Assembly: GCA_965224025.1 (NCBI GenBank)
Contig: OZ245033.1
Coordinates: 4,983,676 to 5,047,675 of the forward strand
Length of the DNA: 64,000 nucleotides
Direction of reading: 5' to 3'
Source of the DNA: Candidatus Multivorans sp.
Lineage (GTDB): Bacteria; Acidobacteriota; Thermoanaerobaculia; Multivoradales; Multivoraceae
The notes under the pieces were generated by a model. It saw only the letters and a program-made list of their open reading frames with translations. It did not search any database and had not been told where the DNA came from. Of this stretch, positions 35,070 through 45,471 are shown piece after piece. The first letter of the stretch is position 1. Every line of letters starts with the position of its first letter. The translations under genes and the position numbers were made by a program.

Positions 35070-36467
35070 ATGTTCATCTCTCCGTCTGTGGGGTCTTCCG
35101 TCGGCCAGCCTTACGATTGCTTCGTGGTCGGTTCTGGCCCGGCTGGAATCACAACTGCGGTGGAATTGGCCAAGGCGAACAGGAGGGTGTTGGTCTTCGA
35201 GTCCGGAACCGCCGCCGAGGCGCGCACGGACATGGTGAACGCGGTCAACTACGGACACTTTAGGGACAACTGGTGGGACAGACACTCCGTTCGCGTGCTT
35301 GGCGGCACTTCAAGAGTGTGGACCGGCTGGTGCACCACCCTGATGGAGCGCGACTTCAACAACCCCGCGGTTGGCGTTCGCTGGCCAATCACGAAGTCCA
35401 CTCTGGCACCGTACTATCAACGTGCCGCGGCGATTCTGGACCGGAAACCCGCCATGCTCGACGTCGAGAGACGTTGGATGCCAGGGTTCGTTTACCGGCC
35501 GTACTCCCGGGAACGCGCAACCCGGTTTGGCACAAAGTACTTCGACGTGCTGGAAGAGTCCTCGGCGATTCACGTAGCGCTCTCTTGTTCGGTCGTTGCT
35601 CTCGACCCCAACCCGTCGCGGTCCGCCGTCGAGCGATTGAGCTACTTTCATCATCCTTCGGGCGAGACTCGGCCACTGGCTGTTGATCCGGCGCAGCCGG
35701 TCGTTCTGGCCGGCGGCGGCATCGGCAATGCCCAACTGCTGCTGCAGCCGCGCTCGGACGGCAGCGTTGCGGTCGGCAACGAAAGCGGCCAGGTGGGGAA
35801 GTTCCTGATGGAGCACCCGCACATCGGCCGCGGCGCTGAACTCGTACTCGACGAGGAGATCGAGCGGCAGCCTCTACCCGCAGACTTTGGTGGCGTCGCC
35901 CATGCGCTGGTGGCGGACGATGAGCAGACGGCGGCATACGGACTACTGGGTTGCAGCATTCAGTGTCACAGGAGAACAAGCGATCATCCGATGGTCGAGT
36001 ACTTGTCCGGAAAGTACGGGAAGCCCTTCCACCACTACCGGGCCTTGCTGCGGGCCGAGATGTCGCCATCCGCCGGCAACCGTGTGTCTCTGACCGGCGA
36101 ACGGAACTCCGCGGGGCTGTACCGGCCGATCGTGCGTTGCGCTGTCGGCGCGGACGATCTTCTCAGCATCGAAAAGACGCTGCGCCTGCTCGGGCAATCG
36201 CTGATCGAGTCAGGGAAGGGCCGAGTGCGCATCAACAACCGGAGACTCTACGGAAGCATCACTGGTGGTGGCCACGTCATGGGGACCACACGGATGGGCT
36301 CGAGTCCGCGGGATTCTGTTGTCGATCCGCACTGTCGGGTTCACGGCTATCGCAACCTGTTCGTGGCCGGATCATCCGTGTTTCCCTCCGCCGGGTACGC
36401 GAATCCCACGCTGACGATTGTCGGGCTGTCGTTGCGGTTGGCCGATACTCTCGCGACCTTACGATGA
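35070..36467 (+). CDS. GMC-family FAD oxidoreductase
   Basis: VVGSGPAG, LGGTS, GKFLMEH, HVMGTTRMG, NPTLTI. Confidence 0.9.
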   Translation: MFISPSVGSSVGQPYDCFVVGSGPAGITTAVELAKANRRVLVFESGTAAEARTDMVNAVNYGHFRDNWWDRHSVRVLGGTSRVWTGWCTTLMERDFNNPAVGVRWPITKSTLAPYYQRAAAILDRKPAMLDVERRWMPGFVYRPYSRERATRFGTKYFDVLEESSAIHVALSCSVVALDPNPSRSAVERLSYFHHPSGETRPLAVDPAQPVVLAGGGIGNAQLLLQPRSDGSVAVGNESGQVGKFLMEHPHIGRGAELVLDEEIERQPLPADFGGVAHALVADDEQTAAYGLLGCSIQCHRRTSDHPMVEYLSGKYGKPFHHYRALLRAEMSPSAGNRVSLTGERNSAGLYRPIVRCAVGADDLLSIEKTLRLLGQSLIESGKGRVRINNRRLYGSITGGGHVMGTTRMGSSPRDSVVDPHCRVHGYRNLFVAGSSVFPSAGYANPTLTIVGLSLRLADTLATLR

Positions 36468-37087
36468 CCGCGGCAACCTTGAACCGCCGCCTGTCGCGGA
36501 GAGTGCTCCTGGCCGGTGGTGGCGGCGCCGCTCTTGCGACGGCGATCTGGAGATTCTCTGGACCGTTGTTCCGCTCGGACGGGCCCGGCGGAGATGGTCA
36601 GGAAGTCGCGGACCTTGCCGGATGTTTCCCTTACACCGACTACGATGGGTGGCTTGTAAGCGTTCCGGATAGGCGTCTACTGGCGTTTCCGGTTCGTTAC
36701 ACCGAGGGCTGGTACCCGGAAGAAAGTGACCAGGAAACAACATGGCGATGGTCCTCTCGGACCGCCAGACTCCAGGTGCCGAACCCTGGAGTGGAGGCAG
36801 TCCTTGACCTGGACTACGACATGCGGGCGGAACTCTTCCGGGACCCGCCGAGAACGTTCTCCGTCAGCACGGGCGGCCGAGTTCTCCAGACCTTCGTGGC
36901 CGATGTTCCCGGGCGGCGGAGGCATGGTATTCCGCTCCCCGTCGGGACTCTGGGGCACGGCGACACCGCGGAGATCGAGCTGGCAACGGATCGCCACTTC
37001 GTGCCGGCGGACCGGATTGCCGGTTCCCGAGACTCGCGAGAACTCGGTGTCCTGGTCTATGGGGTCGAAATTCGGGAGTCTCCATAG
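36464..37087 (+). CDS. Hypothetical Tat-exported protein
   Basis: LSRRVLL twin-arginine signal; ATGA overlap with the GMC gene. Confidence 0.65.
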   Translation: MTAATLNRRLSRRVLLAGGGGAALATAIWRFSGPLFRSDGPGGDGQEVADLAGCFPYTDYDGWLVSVPDRRLLAFPVRYTEGWYPEESDQETTWRWSSRTARLQVPNPGVEAVLDLDYDMRAELFRDPPRTFSVSTGGRVLQTFVADVPGRRRHGIPLPVGTLGHGDTAEIELATDRHFVPADRIAGSRDSRELGVLVYGVEIRESP

Positions 37088-37139
37088 CGGGGACGGGCGA
37101 CGTGGCCGGCGGCGTCGGATGCCCCCAAAGCTCATCGCT

Positions 37140-38519
37140 TCATTTCCTGCGCACCCTCAACTCGATGTTGCTGTAGGTCCAGCCCCACTGGGGCGGCTCG
37201 ATCGCCTCCGTGCCGTCGCCGCCTGCCACGAGGACGAGCTTGTCGGCCGCGGTGAAGGCGAGCGAATCGACATTTGCTCCTTCACGGGAGCAGGACTGTT
37301 CTCCATTGCGGTCCGTGACACACAGGGACACCTGCCCGCCAGCTACGTAGCTGAAGTGGAGCTTGTAGTTCTGATTCGGCGCCAGCGGGCGCGGCAGAAC
37401 GAACTTGGGCTTGTCCGTGTGTCTGATTCCAATGCCATGGCGGACGAACAGCGAGTTTCGCCGCTGTACGGTGAAGCCGATCAGGTTCCGGTGACGGCTG
37501 ATCCCAAGCCAGAAGACCTGTGCTCCCACCGGATCGATGGAGGTTGTCCGCAGATCGAACCGCAGGTCAACGTTCGCGTAGTCGCCGGGCGTCAGACGTG
37601 TCTTGAAGGTGTACTGGAGATTGTTCCTTGCCACGGTGTGGTGGGTGCGATCGAGATCGAGGCAGATCCAACCCGTGGGACATAGGTCGGGCTCAGGCGG
37701 CGGCGGTGGTGGCTCCGGAGGCTCCGGTCCTGGAGGCGGCTCGCCGTAGTCCGGTGGTCGCAGCGCCGAGGCGCGGCTCTGGGATGGTTGCAGGATAGTA
37801 AGCCGGTCCGCGTCGTCATCGGCGACCAGGCCGGCGACATAGAAGTTGTCGGCGCAGTTCGTGGAGATCGTGTAGTGGTCGCCGAGCTCGATGCCGACCA
37901 CCTTCAGAACGTCGGCGACGTAGGTCAAGGACAGCGGCCGGTGTTGGAGGACCCGGGATTCCAGGGCCCAGTTGCCGTCGTGGCTGCGGACCCTGTGTTC
38001 ACAAGTGCTGTTGGCGTGGGACAGATTGAGGATTGCGTAGTCCGAGCGGTCGCGGCTGTCTCGCCGCATCCCGGAAACGAAGGCCCAGGTCCCGCCGGGG
38101 ACCATGTTCTCCGAGTCGACGATCGGAACCTGCTCTCGCAGACCGACCCGTTTGCCGCTCGAGTCGGTGGGCATCGTGTAGGCCTGAAAAATGAGTTCGC
38201 CGTGGGCGACGAGTTCGACCATCGCGGGATCCTCGCCGGCGAGGTTGCTGTACTGCATCGTGCGGCCGGCGGGTACCGACATTCTGATGGGCGGGGTGGG
38301 CCGCTGGGCGCCGTTGGTCCCGGAGGCGATGGGCAGGATGTCGAAGACCTGCGCCTCGTCCGTCGGATTGTGGACGCTGAGCAGGACTTCCCTGGCTTCG
38401 TCGTCATGCGCGACCACCACGTAGTACGTGTCCTGCGCGAGCAGGCTCGCCGGCAAACCGACCAGGAAAGCCGCCAGGGCCATTGCCGCCACTTCTGGAT
38501 GGCCGATTGGTTTCGTCAT
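37140..38519 (-). CDS. Hypothetical secreted two-domain protein
   Basis: Signal peptide, poly-Pro linker, GAGGA RBS. Confidence 0.7.
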   Translation of the reverse strand: MTKPIGHPEVAAMALAAFLVGLPASLLAQDTYYVVVAHDDEAREVLLSVHNPTDEAQVFDILPIASGTNGAQRPTPPIRMSVPAGRTMQYSNLAGEDPAMVELVAHGELIFQAYTMPTDSSGKRVGLREQVPIVDSENMVPGGTWAFVSGMRRDSRDRSDYAILNLSHANSTCEHRVRSHDGNWALESRVLQHRPLSLTYVADVLKVVGIELGDHYTISTNCADNFYVAGLVADDDADRLTILQPSQSRASALRPPDYGEPPPGPEPPEPPPPPPEPDLCPTGWICLDLDRTHHTVARNNLQYTFKTRLTPGDYANVDLRFDLRTTSIDPVGAQVFWLGISRHRNLIGFTVQRRNSLFVRHGIGIRHTDKPKFVLPRPLAPNQNYKLHFSYVAGGQVSLCVTDRNGEQSCSREGANVDSLAFTAADKLVLVAGGDGTEAIEPPQWGWTYSNIELRVRRK

Positions 38520-38639
38520 CGGATTCCTCCCTTGCCAATGGAGATTTCACGGACACGTAGATACATGCAGAATACCACATACGCCGCGTTGGAGGAACCC
38601 GTTGGCGGGTCTTGAATTTTCGCCGGTAACATTCGGTGC

Positions 38640-39806
38640 TTGACTGGTCACCGCTTCTCCCGGCGCCTGGGGACCATCCCGCGGGTCGCCGCAATGGGCA
38701 CCGCGCTGCTTGCCGTGGGCGCGGTCGCGGCTGCCCAGACACCGAATCGCTGCAAGGCCTTCGGCGACAGCATCACGGCCGGTGTCGGTGATGATCCGGG
38801 GCGCGCAGAGGCCGGTTATCCGCCCCGTCTCGAAGCTCTGGCGCCCGGCCTGGTGGTCGACAACCGGGGCGTCGGCGCCGAGCGGACGCCGGAAGGTCTG
38901 GCCCGCATCGCCGACGTGCTGGCGGAGCCGGGGGACTGCCTGTTGCTGATGGAGGGCACGAACGACATCAGCCGCGGCATTTCGCCGGAAACGACCTTGT
39001 TCAACCTGGACCGGATGGCCGCCCGGGCGGCCGCCGCCGGCCGAACGCCGTACCACGCCACCCTGATTCCCCGCTTGCCGAATGCCCGTTTCGATCCGAA
39101 CAACTGGCAGAACCAGGATCTGGCGCAGTCGATCCGGCGGCTGGCGGCGATCCGGGACCGCGGCCTGGTCGACCCGTTCGAGATTTTCAGTACGCAGCGG
39201 CGGCTGTTCCACGCGTTCTACTACGCCGGCGCCGAGGATCCCGTCGGTCACCCGAACGGCGCCGGCTACGACCTCCTCGCCTCGGTCTTCGCCGACGTGC
39301 TCCAGGCAACGGATGCGGCGCCGCCCGTGCCGACGCGGGTGATTCCGGCACACGGCGCCGAGAAGATCCCGCCCGCGACAGTCCTGGAGATCGAGGTGAG
39401 GGACTTCGGCAGCGCCATCGACACAGGTTCCGTGGTGCTCATGGTCGGCGGTTTGCCGGCGCCGGCGCCTGGCGTCGGCGACGACGGACGTTGGCTGCGG
39501 TGGCGCTTCTCGCCGACGGCGCTGCTCGACGGCGTGGTGACGCTGTCCTTGCGCGCCGGCGATGCCGAGGGCAACCTCTACGACCGCATCGTGAGCCGCT
39601 TTCTGGTCGAGGGGGCCGTTCTGCCGCCGGGCGATATCGATCGGGACGGTCGCGTGGACGGCCGGGACCTGGTCTTCCTGGGTCTCGCCTTTGGGGCGGG
39701 CTCAAGGTCGCACCGCTTCGACGCCGATGCCGATCTCGATGGCAGCGGCCAGGTGGACGGCGAGGATTTGGCCATCCTCGCGGCGAACTTCGGCGCCAGC
39801 GTCTGA
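38640..39806 (+). CDS. SGNH/GDSL hydrolase with C-terminal dockerin/EF-hand-like repeats
   Basis: FGDSIT, EGTND, GHPNGAGY; GDIDRDGRVDGRDL and DLDGSGQVDGEDL. Confidence 0.85.
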   Translation: MTGHRFSRRLGTIPRVAAMGTALLAVGAVAAAQTPNRCKAFGDSITAGVGDDPGRAEAGYPPRLEALAPGLVVDNRGVGAERTPEGLARIADVLAEPGDCLLLMEGTNDISRGISPETTLFNLDRMAARAAAAGRTPYHATLIPRLPNARFDPNNWQNQDLAQSIRRLAAIRDRGLVDPFEIFSTQRRLFHAFYYAGAEDPVGHPNGAGYDLLASVFADVLQATDAAPPVPTRVIPAHGAEKIPPATVLEIEVRDFGSAIDTGSVVLMVGGLPAPAPGVGDDGRWLRWRFSPTALLDGVVTLSLRAGDAEGNLYDRIVSRFLVEGAVLPPGDIDRDGRVDGRDLVFLGLAFGAGSRSHRFDADADLDGSGQVDGEDLAILAANFGASV

Positions 39807-39978
39807 GTCCAGCAGCCCGTGGTGGAAGTCGCGCTGCATTCGACCGGCGATGAATCACGTCCAACATCGTTGCTCCTCAGTCGAATATGGCCCCGATATG
39901 CTCCTTCGTCGCGCCTTGTTGGACGCGCCCCTCACCGGTCTCGGTGCTACACGGACTTCCACCACGGGCTGCTAGGGA

Positions 39979-41118
39979 GTGAACATGCAACTCGGCATTC
40001 TGGGCCTGCCCAAGGCGGGAAAGACGGCGCTGTTCAATGCGCTCACTGCATCCCGGCAGGCGACCGGCAGGTTCAGGGCGTCGAACACCACGAACGTGGG
40101 AGTAGCAGGGGTACAAGACGGGCGCCTGGAGAAGCTGCGGGATCTCTACCAACCGCGGCGCTACGTGCCGGCGCAGGTCCGATTCGTCGATGTTCCCGGC
40201 ATCGACCGGGGCCGGGGAGCGACCCTGGACCTGGCTGAACTGCGGATGATGGATGCCCTGGTCCACGTCGTGCGGGCCTTCGAGGACCCGGAACTCCTGC
40301 ACCCGTCGGGTCGAATCGACCCGCAGCGCGACATCGCCGCGATCGATCTGGAGCTGATCCTCGCGGACTACGAGCTGGTGGAGCGGCGGCTGGAGCGTCT
40401 CGATCAGGCGCGGAAGAGAGGCCTGACCGACCTGGAGAAGCGCGAGCGCGCGCTGCTGTCGGACCGCATCCTGCCGGCGCTCGAGGCGGAAACGTCGCTG
40501 CGAGGTCTGGACCTCGACGCGGAGGAGGAGAAACGGCTGCGCGGCTACGGTCTTCTGTCCCGAAAGCCGATGTTAGTGGTGCTGAACGTCGACGAGGACG
40601 TGGCGGGCGACCCCGCTGCGGCGGCCGGGGTCGAAGCGCCGCCGGGCACTGAACCCGGGTGGCGCGAACCCGCGCCGCCCGCGAACCGGTCCGAGCGCTC
40701 GTCATCGAGCGCTCGGATGGAACTCCTTGCCGTGAGCGCTCGGCTGGAAGAGGAGATCTCCCGCCTCGACCCGGCCGATCAGGGCGACTTCCTGGCTGAA
40801 GCGGGCCTCGACCAGCCGAGCGCGGTCCGGCTGGTGCAGGCGAGTTACGAGCTGCTGGGACGGATCTCTTTCTTCACCGTCGGCGACGACGAGGTCCGGG
40901 CATGGACCATTCGCCGGGGCAGCACGGCGGTGACCGCGGCGGGCGCCGTTCACTCCGACATCGAACGTGGCTTCATTCGCGCCGAGGTGACCGGTTGGCG
41001 GGAACTGATCGACGCCGGATCGCTGGCCGTCTGCCGCGAACGCGCGACCCTGCGCCTGGAGGGCAAGGAGTACCGCGTGCAGGACGGCGAGGTCGTCCAC
41101 TTCCGGTTCAACGTGTAG
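39979..41118 (+). CDS. ychF: Obg-like ATPase YchF
   Basis: GLPKAGKT, DVPG, FFTVG.DEVRAWT, HSDIERGFIRAE, EGKEY...HFRFNV. Confidence 0.95.
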   Translation: MNMQLGILGLPKAGKTALFNALTASRQATGRFRASNTTNVGVAGVQDGRLEKLRDLYQPRRYVPAQVRFVDVPGIDRGRGATLDLAELRMMDALVHVVRAFEDPELLHPSGRIDPQRDIAAIDLELILADYELVERRLERLDQARKRGLTDLEKRERALLSDRILPALEAETSLRGLDLDAEEEKRLRGYGLLSRKPMLVVLNVDEDVAGDPAAAAGVEAPPGTEPGWREPAPPANRSERSSSSARMELLAVSARLEEEISRLDPADQGDFLAEAGLDQPSAVRLVQASYELLGRISFFTVGDDEVRAWTIRRGSTAVTAAGAVHSDIERGFIRAEVTGWRELIDAGSLAVCRERATLRLEGKEYRVQDGEVVHFRFNV

Positions 41119-41146
41119 TCCGGCGCAAGCAGGTAACCTGCGCTGG

Positions 41147-41848
41147 ATGGACCGGAGGGGACCTTTCCGGCTCGACGATCGCCGCATCGCCTTTCCACCG
41201 GCGGGGCTGGCGGATCCGAGCGGCCTGCTCGCCGTGGGTGGAGGCCTCGAGCCGGAGCGGCTGCTCGCCGCCTACCGGTCCGGCATCTTCCCCTGGCCGC
41301 TCCTGGGTCCCGGCGGGCCCATGCTGTGGTTTTCGCCCGATCCGCGCCTCGTGCTCTATCCGGAGCGGTTCAGAACGTCGCGCAGTTTGCGGCGCGAACT
41401 CCGGCGCGACCCGTTCGAGGTCACGATCGACACGCGCTTCAGAGAGGTCATTGTGGCCTGTGCCGAGAACCCCCGTCCCGGACAGGCGGGCACCTGGATC
41501 ACGGATCCGCTGATCGATGCGTTCGAGCGCCTGCACCGGCTCGGGCACGCTCACTCGGTCGAGTGCCTGAAAGGCGGCGAGCTGGTGGGTGGCCTCTACG
41601 GGGTCTCGATCGGCGGCGCGTTCTTCGGCGAATCGATGTTCACCCGCCGCTCCAACTCGTCCAAGATCGCGCTGGTTCGTCTGGTGCGCTGCCTCGAACG
41701 GTGGGGCTACGCGTTCGTGGACTGCCAGCAGGTCACCGAGCACCTGCTCCGGTTCGGCGCCGAAGAGATCCCGCGCAGCCGCTTTCTGGACGAACTCGAA
41801 TCGGCTCGGGGGCTCCCCGGCCGTCCAGGTTCCTGGCGCTCACCGTAG
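41147..41848 (+). CDS. aat: Leucyl/phenylalanyl-tRNA-protein transferase
   Basis: GLLAVGG, AYRSGIFPW, AHSVE, GGLYG, FFGESMF. Confidence 0.95.
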   Translation: MDRRGPFRLDDRRIAFPPAGLADPSGLLAVGGGLEPERLLAAYRSGIFPWPLLGPGGPMLWFSPDPRLVLYPERFRTSRSLRRELRRDPFEVTIDTRFREVIVACAENPRPGQAGTWITDPLIDAFERLHRLGHAHSVECLKGGELVGGLYGVSIGGAFFGESMFTRRSNSSKIALVRLVRCLERWGYAFVDCQQVTEHLLRFGAEEIPRSRFLDELESARGLPGRPGSWRSP

Positions 41849-41929
41849 CTGCGGACCCTTCGGCAAGAACCTCGGACGGGAAGCTGTCAGGTGAGGGAAT
41901 CCGCCAGGAGCTGGTCGCCCGCGCGACGG

Positions 41930-42877
41930 TCAGAAGTACGGTTCCAGTTGCGTCAACCGTGTAAGGACCGCGCTGGCGATCTGTGAGCCCACCTCCGCCT
42001 CAAAGACGAGAATATCGCTCTCGGCGCCATCGTAGGACTCGCTCCAGAGTACGGTTCCGTCCTCGGCCAGGAGCAGGCGGGCCCAGACCCGGAGGCGATC
42101 CTGCTCCCGCTGAACCCGGCCGTCGAGCAGGTAGTCGGGTCGGCGCCCGTTCGCTCCGCCGCCGGCGCTTGCGAAGGGTCGGGCGTCGTGCGCGACGACC
42201 GCCAGCCGATCGAACGCCTGCCGGCCGAGCGACGTGATGAGTTCCTGGGTCAGCCCCTGGCGGAACGGCTCGGCGCCGGACCAACTCTCCACGGCCGAGA
42301 AGGGCAGGACCGCCAGCACCTGCCGTGATGGTTCGCTCGCGGCGGGTGGTCTGGATTCCAGCGCGCGCCAAAGGAAGACCGTGGCGACGATGCCGATGGC
42401 CGCCCCGATAGCGGCGAGCACGACGCCGGGTCTTGACCGCCAGCGGCGGGCGCCGCCCCTGGTGAGGATCGGCTCGTTGCCGTCGTTGACCTCGCTGACA
42501 GGCTTCAGAAAGCGGTACCCGAGGCGCGGCAGCGTTTCGATGTACGCGGGTGTGTCGGCGCTGTCGCCGAGTGCGACCCGGATCCGCTTGACGCAGGAAT
42601 TCATGCTCTGGTCGTACTCGACGTGGACCTCGTCGGGCCAGAGATGGCGGCGGACGGCCTCGCGCGAGACCACTGCGCCACGGTGCGCGATCAGTAACTC
42701 GAGGAGTCGGGCGGGCTGAGGCTGAAGCCGAACCGTGCGCCCGAGGCCGGAGAGTTCCAGGGTCTCGGGATCGAAGCGGAACTCGCCGAACTCAAGCCGG
42801 CGAGGGCGTGCAGGTGAGGCGCCGTCGCGTTTCGTGCCAAGGCGTTCCTCGTGCGACGAGCCGCTATCGCGCTGCAT
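41930..42877 (-). CDS. CadC-like winged-helix membrane regulator with TolB_N-like domain
   Basis: FGEFRFD, LGDSADTPAYIETLPRLGYRF, one TM helix, LAVLPF. Confidence 0.85.
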   Translation of the reverse strand: MQRDSGSSHEERLGTKRDGASPARPRRLEFGEFRFDPETLELSGLGRTVRLQPQPARLLELLIAHRGAVVSREAVRRHLWPDEVHVEYDQSMNSCVKRIRVALGDSADTPAYIETLPRLGYRFLKPVSEVNDGNEPILTRGGARRWRSRPGVVLAAIGAAIGIVATVFLWRALESRPPAASEPSRQVLAVLPFSAVESWSGAEPFRQGLTQELITSLGRQAFDRLAVVAHDARPFASAGGGANGRRPDYLLDGRVQREQDRLRVWARLLLAEDGTVLWSESYDGAESDILVFEAEVGSQIASAVLTRLTQLEPYF

Positions 42878-43343
42878 GAGGTTGCCCTTGGACTGCTACG
42901 AGTGAGCTGTTGTTTGGGGTTTCCGAGCCCCGAAAGGGAGGTTCCGAATTGGGGCTCCTGATTTTAGAAGACACAAAAGAAGACTACGCACGGAGCCTTC
43001 CGAGCGATGCGTGACAGTTGTGTAACCAGTTCGTGACCCCCGTGACCTGCGCCCTCGCTTGCTGGAGCAAGCGCGGATCCGTCGTGGATCAATGTGCGGA
43101 GCTTCTGGCGCCAGGGGAGCGACGGAGCGTCAGGTACCGATTTCGGCAACCTGTTGGCTCTGAGGGAACATCGGATGCGTCGCGTGTCCGAGTCCTGGCC
43201 GGCCCTGGCTTCTGGCGGTGTAACGCCTGGGCGGGCGCCGACATTCCGGCCCCGACGCCTCAGGGCGTGTGTCGCGGGACGTAAATCCCTGATACGGTTG
43301 CACTTACGGCGTTGGTGTGCTACCTTTTGCGGGCCAAGAAAGA

Positions 43344-44195
43344 GGATAGGGACTGCTCCGGGGCTCTCACCCGAACCGACCTGAAGTCTCTCAATCCCTC
43401 GCTCGCGTCTCCTCGGCCCTTCAGCTTGGCGGGCATCCGGTCGTGGAGCGCTTCGCGCGCCACCGATCCTCCGTTCAGGCCTGGGCGCCCTTGCCTTGCG
43501 GCTCCGGCGGTGGAACCTTGCGGCTCCTCCAGCCCCATCCGGTTTGCCGGGACTCCCCTTCGTTCGCCGGTTGCCTTCGGGCTTCCCGCTCCGGCTCGCG
43601 CCTTCGCGTTCTTCCCTCCGGCTCGGGTGGCCGAAAGGTCCGCACCGTCGTTCCGCCATGCCCGGCTCCTCGGCTTGCGCCTCCGAACCGGTAACTTTGC
43701 GGCCCGCCGTCGCGGGGACTCCCTGCCTTGTCTCCACCGACCCGGCGCCCCTGGGGGTACTTCGTCGCTCGACTGGTCGGGTCTTACGACGAAGTCCCCG
43801 GAGCGTCTGCCGATGAAGCGCTTCAGTTGCCGATCGGCCTTCCGTTGCTGCCGGGCAACTTCCGACCGCTCGTTTCCCTGAAGCCGCCTCCCGGGTTCAG
43901 GCGCCTTGAGGCTTGCGCCCCTCGGTACCGCTCCCGGGGAAGCCTTCGGCTACGGGAACCACTCGCCGGCTGGAGCTTCATGTCGTCAGGTTCGCCTCGG
44001 CTTGCGCCTCAACGTCCCCGGCTACAAATGGCTCCTGCCACCGAGCCCAGCTCTCAAGTCGTGACCTTCCGACCCTCACTCGTGAAGCGCGCCCACCACG
44101 CGAACGTGACTTTCGCCCTTCTCAAGCTCCGATCCGAGGGTCGCGACTCTTGGACCGGTGGATTGGGTTGCGATCCTTGGTCACAGTCCCTATCC
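43344..44195 (-). ncRNA. Candidate large structured ncRNA (~850 nt)
   Basis: 12-bp perfect terminal inverted repeat, multiple GNRA hairpins on the minus strand, upstream promoter, no credible ORF. Confidence 0.6.
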
Positions 44196-44201
44196 GCGAA
44201 C

Positions 44202-44231
44202 AACGTATAGGGCGCACAAAGGCCGTGTCAA
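44202..44231 (-). promoter_or_regulatory. Sigma70-like promoter
   Basis: TTGACA (44231-44226), 18 bp, TACGTT (44207-44202); predicted start near 44195. Confidence 0.65.
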
Positions 44232-44414
44232 GGGAAGGGCGGCGAACGCTCTCGGGCCGATGCCGGCGAACGAGTCTTAACTGTTTGAGCCTCAGCAACT
44301 TGACCCGTGCCACGTGAATTCGAGCGGACCGGTGGCGGCTGCGGATTTCCTGCGGAATCGGGTTGGCGGCGACGGGCGCCGGCTCGTTTGTTCCCGTTTG
44401 CGGGGCGGCGCGGA

Positions 44415-44490
44415 TGGTGCCCAGGGGCGGATTCGAACCACCGACACCCTGATTTTCAGTCAGGTGCTCTACCAACTGAGCTACCTGGGC
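44415..44490 (-). tRNA. tRNA-Phe(GAA)
   Basis: GCCCAGGTAGCTCAGTTGGTAGAGC...CTGAAAA...GGTTCGAATCC...GGGCACCA. Confidence 0.97.
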
Positions 44491-44593
44491 AAGTCGCGCC
44501 CGCCGGGCAGGACGGTAGAGCAGCGTGTTCTAACAGGGAGGCCCCGGCTCCGTCAACGAAGCGGCGGGCACGGGCCGGCTGGACTCCCCGGCC

Positions 44594-45427
44594 ATGCGCC
44601 AACCTGGAAGACTTGGCCAGCCTGTTCCTGCTCACCTTCTTGTTGTCCGGAGAGGCTTTCGCGCGGGATCACCGCCGCGGTTCCTGATCGCCCTCCTTGT
44701 CGGGTCGATCAGCCTGCTGACCGTAGGAATGGGGGCGGCCCAAGGGCAGCGCCTGCTGAGCCTGGGCTCTGAACCGGAGGCGCCTCCGGTCGCCGAGGCA
44801 GCGCGTTTCGACCCGGCCATGGTGCCCGTGACGGTGCGGGTCGACCTCGATCTGGTCCGTTCGGCGCCGTCTCGGCTCGAACTGCCGACGCCTGACGGGC
44901 GGATGCTGGTCGCGGAACGGAGCGTCTTCGAGGATCGCGGCGACGGCAACGTCATGTGGGCGGGCTCTCTTCCGGGAGCGGGCCACGAGAGCGTCGTCCT
45001 GACGGTGGAAGGCGGTAGCTTCGTAGGGCGCTTCGGCGAGCCGGGCGGCGCCAGGTTCCGGATCAGCGCCGATCCCGATGGTCGCGGCGGGATGGTCGAC
45101 ACCGCAGGTGAGCCGAGCGATGGGCCGGACACCTTCTGTCCGGTCGGTGAGCCGGAGAGCCTGTCGCGGCTCGGCCCGACAGAGCCCCGGCGTGTCGACC
45201 TGCGGCAGCGGGTGGCGCATCCGCAGAACCACGACCGGTTGGACATCCTGGTGCTGTACACAGCCGAGGCGACGATCGGTATGGCCGGCGAGCGGGAGAA
45301 CGAGCGAGCCCTTCGTCGCACCATGGGAATCGGGGTCCAGTACAGCGACGCTCCGCAGACGCCGGCGGAGGGCGCGCCCGCCGCGCCCACAAACGTCCGC
45401 GTCGACGTCGATACCGAGCCTTTCTGA
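44594..45427 (+). pseudogene. Probable truncated M12/reprolysin-like peptidase (propeptide only)
   Basis: Prodomain-like region, then LDILVLYTAEA, no HExxH; ends at an FN3-like start PAAPTNVRV. Confidence 0.45.
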
Positions 45428-45471
45428 TTCCCAGCGACCCGGCCGGGGCGTGCTACGCTGCGCCGACTCCG

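Noticed and set aside
42915-42960. Riboswitch upstream of the CadC-like regulator
   Set aside because: Only a GAGCCCC/GGGGCTC stem and one GAAA hairpin; no aptamer consensus recognised
42964-44317. Protein-coding ORFs in the large intergenic region
   Set aside because: Overlapping low-complexity ORFs with no recognisable motifs or RBS; the RNA-structure signal is stronger
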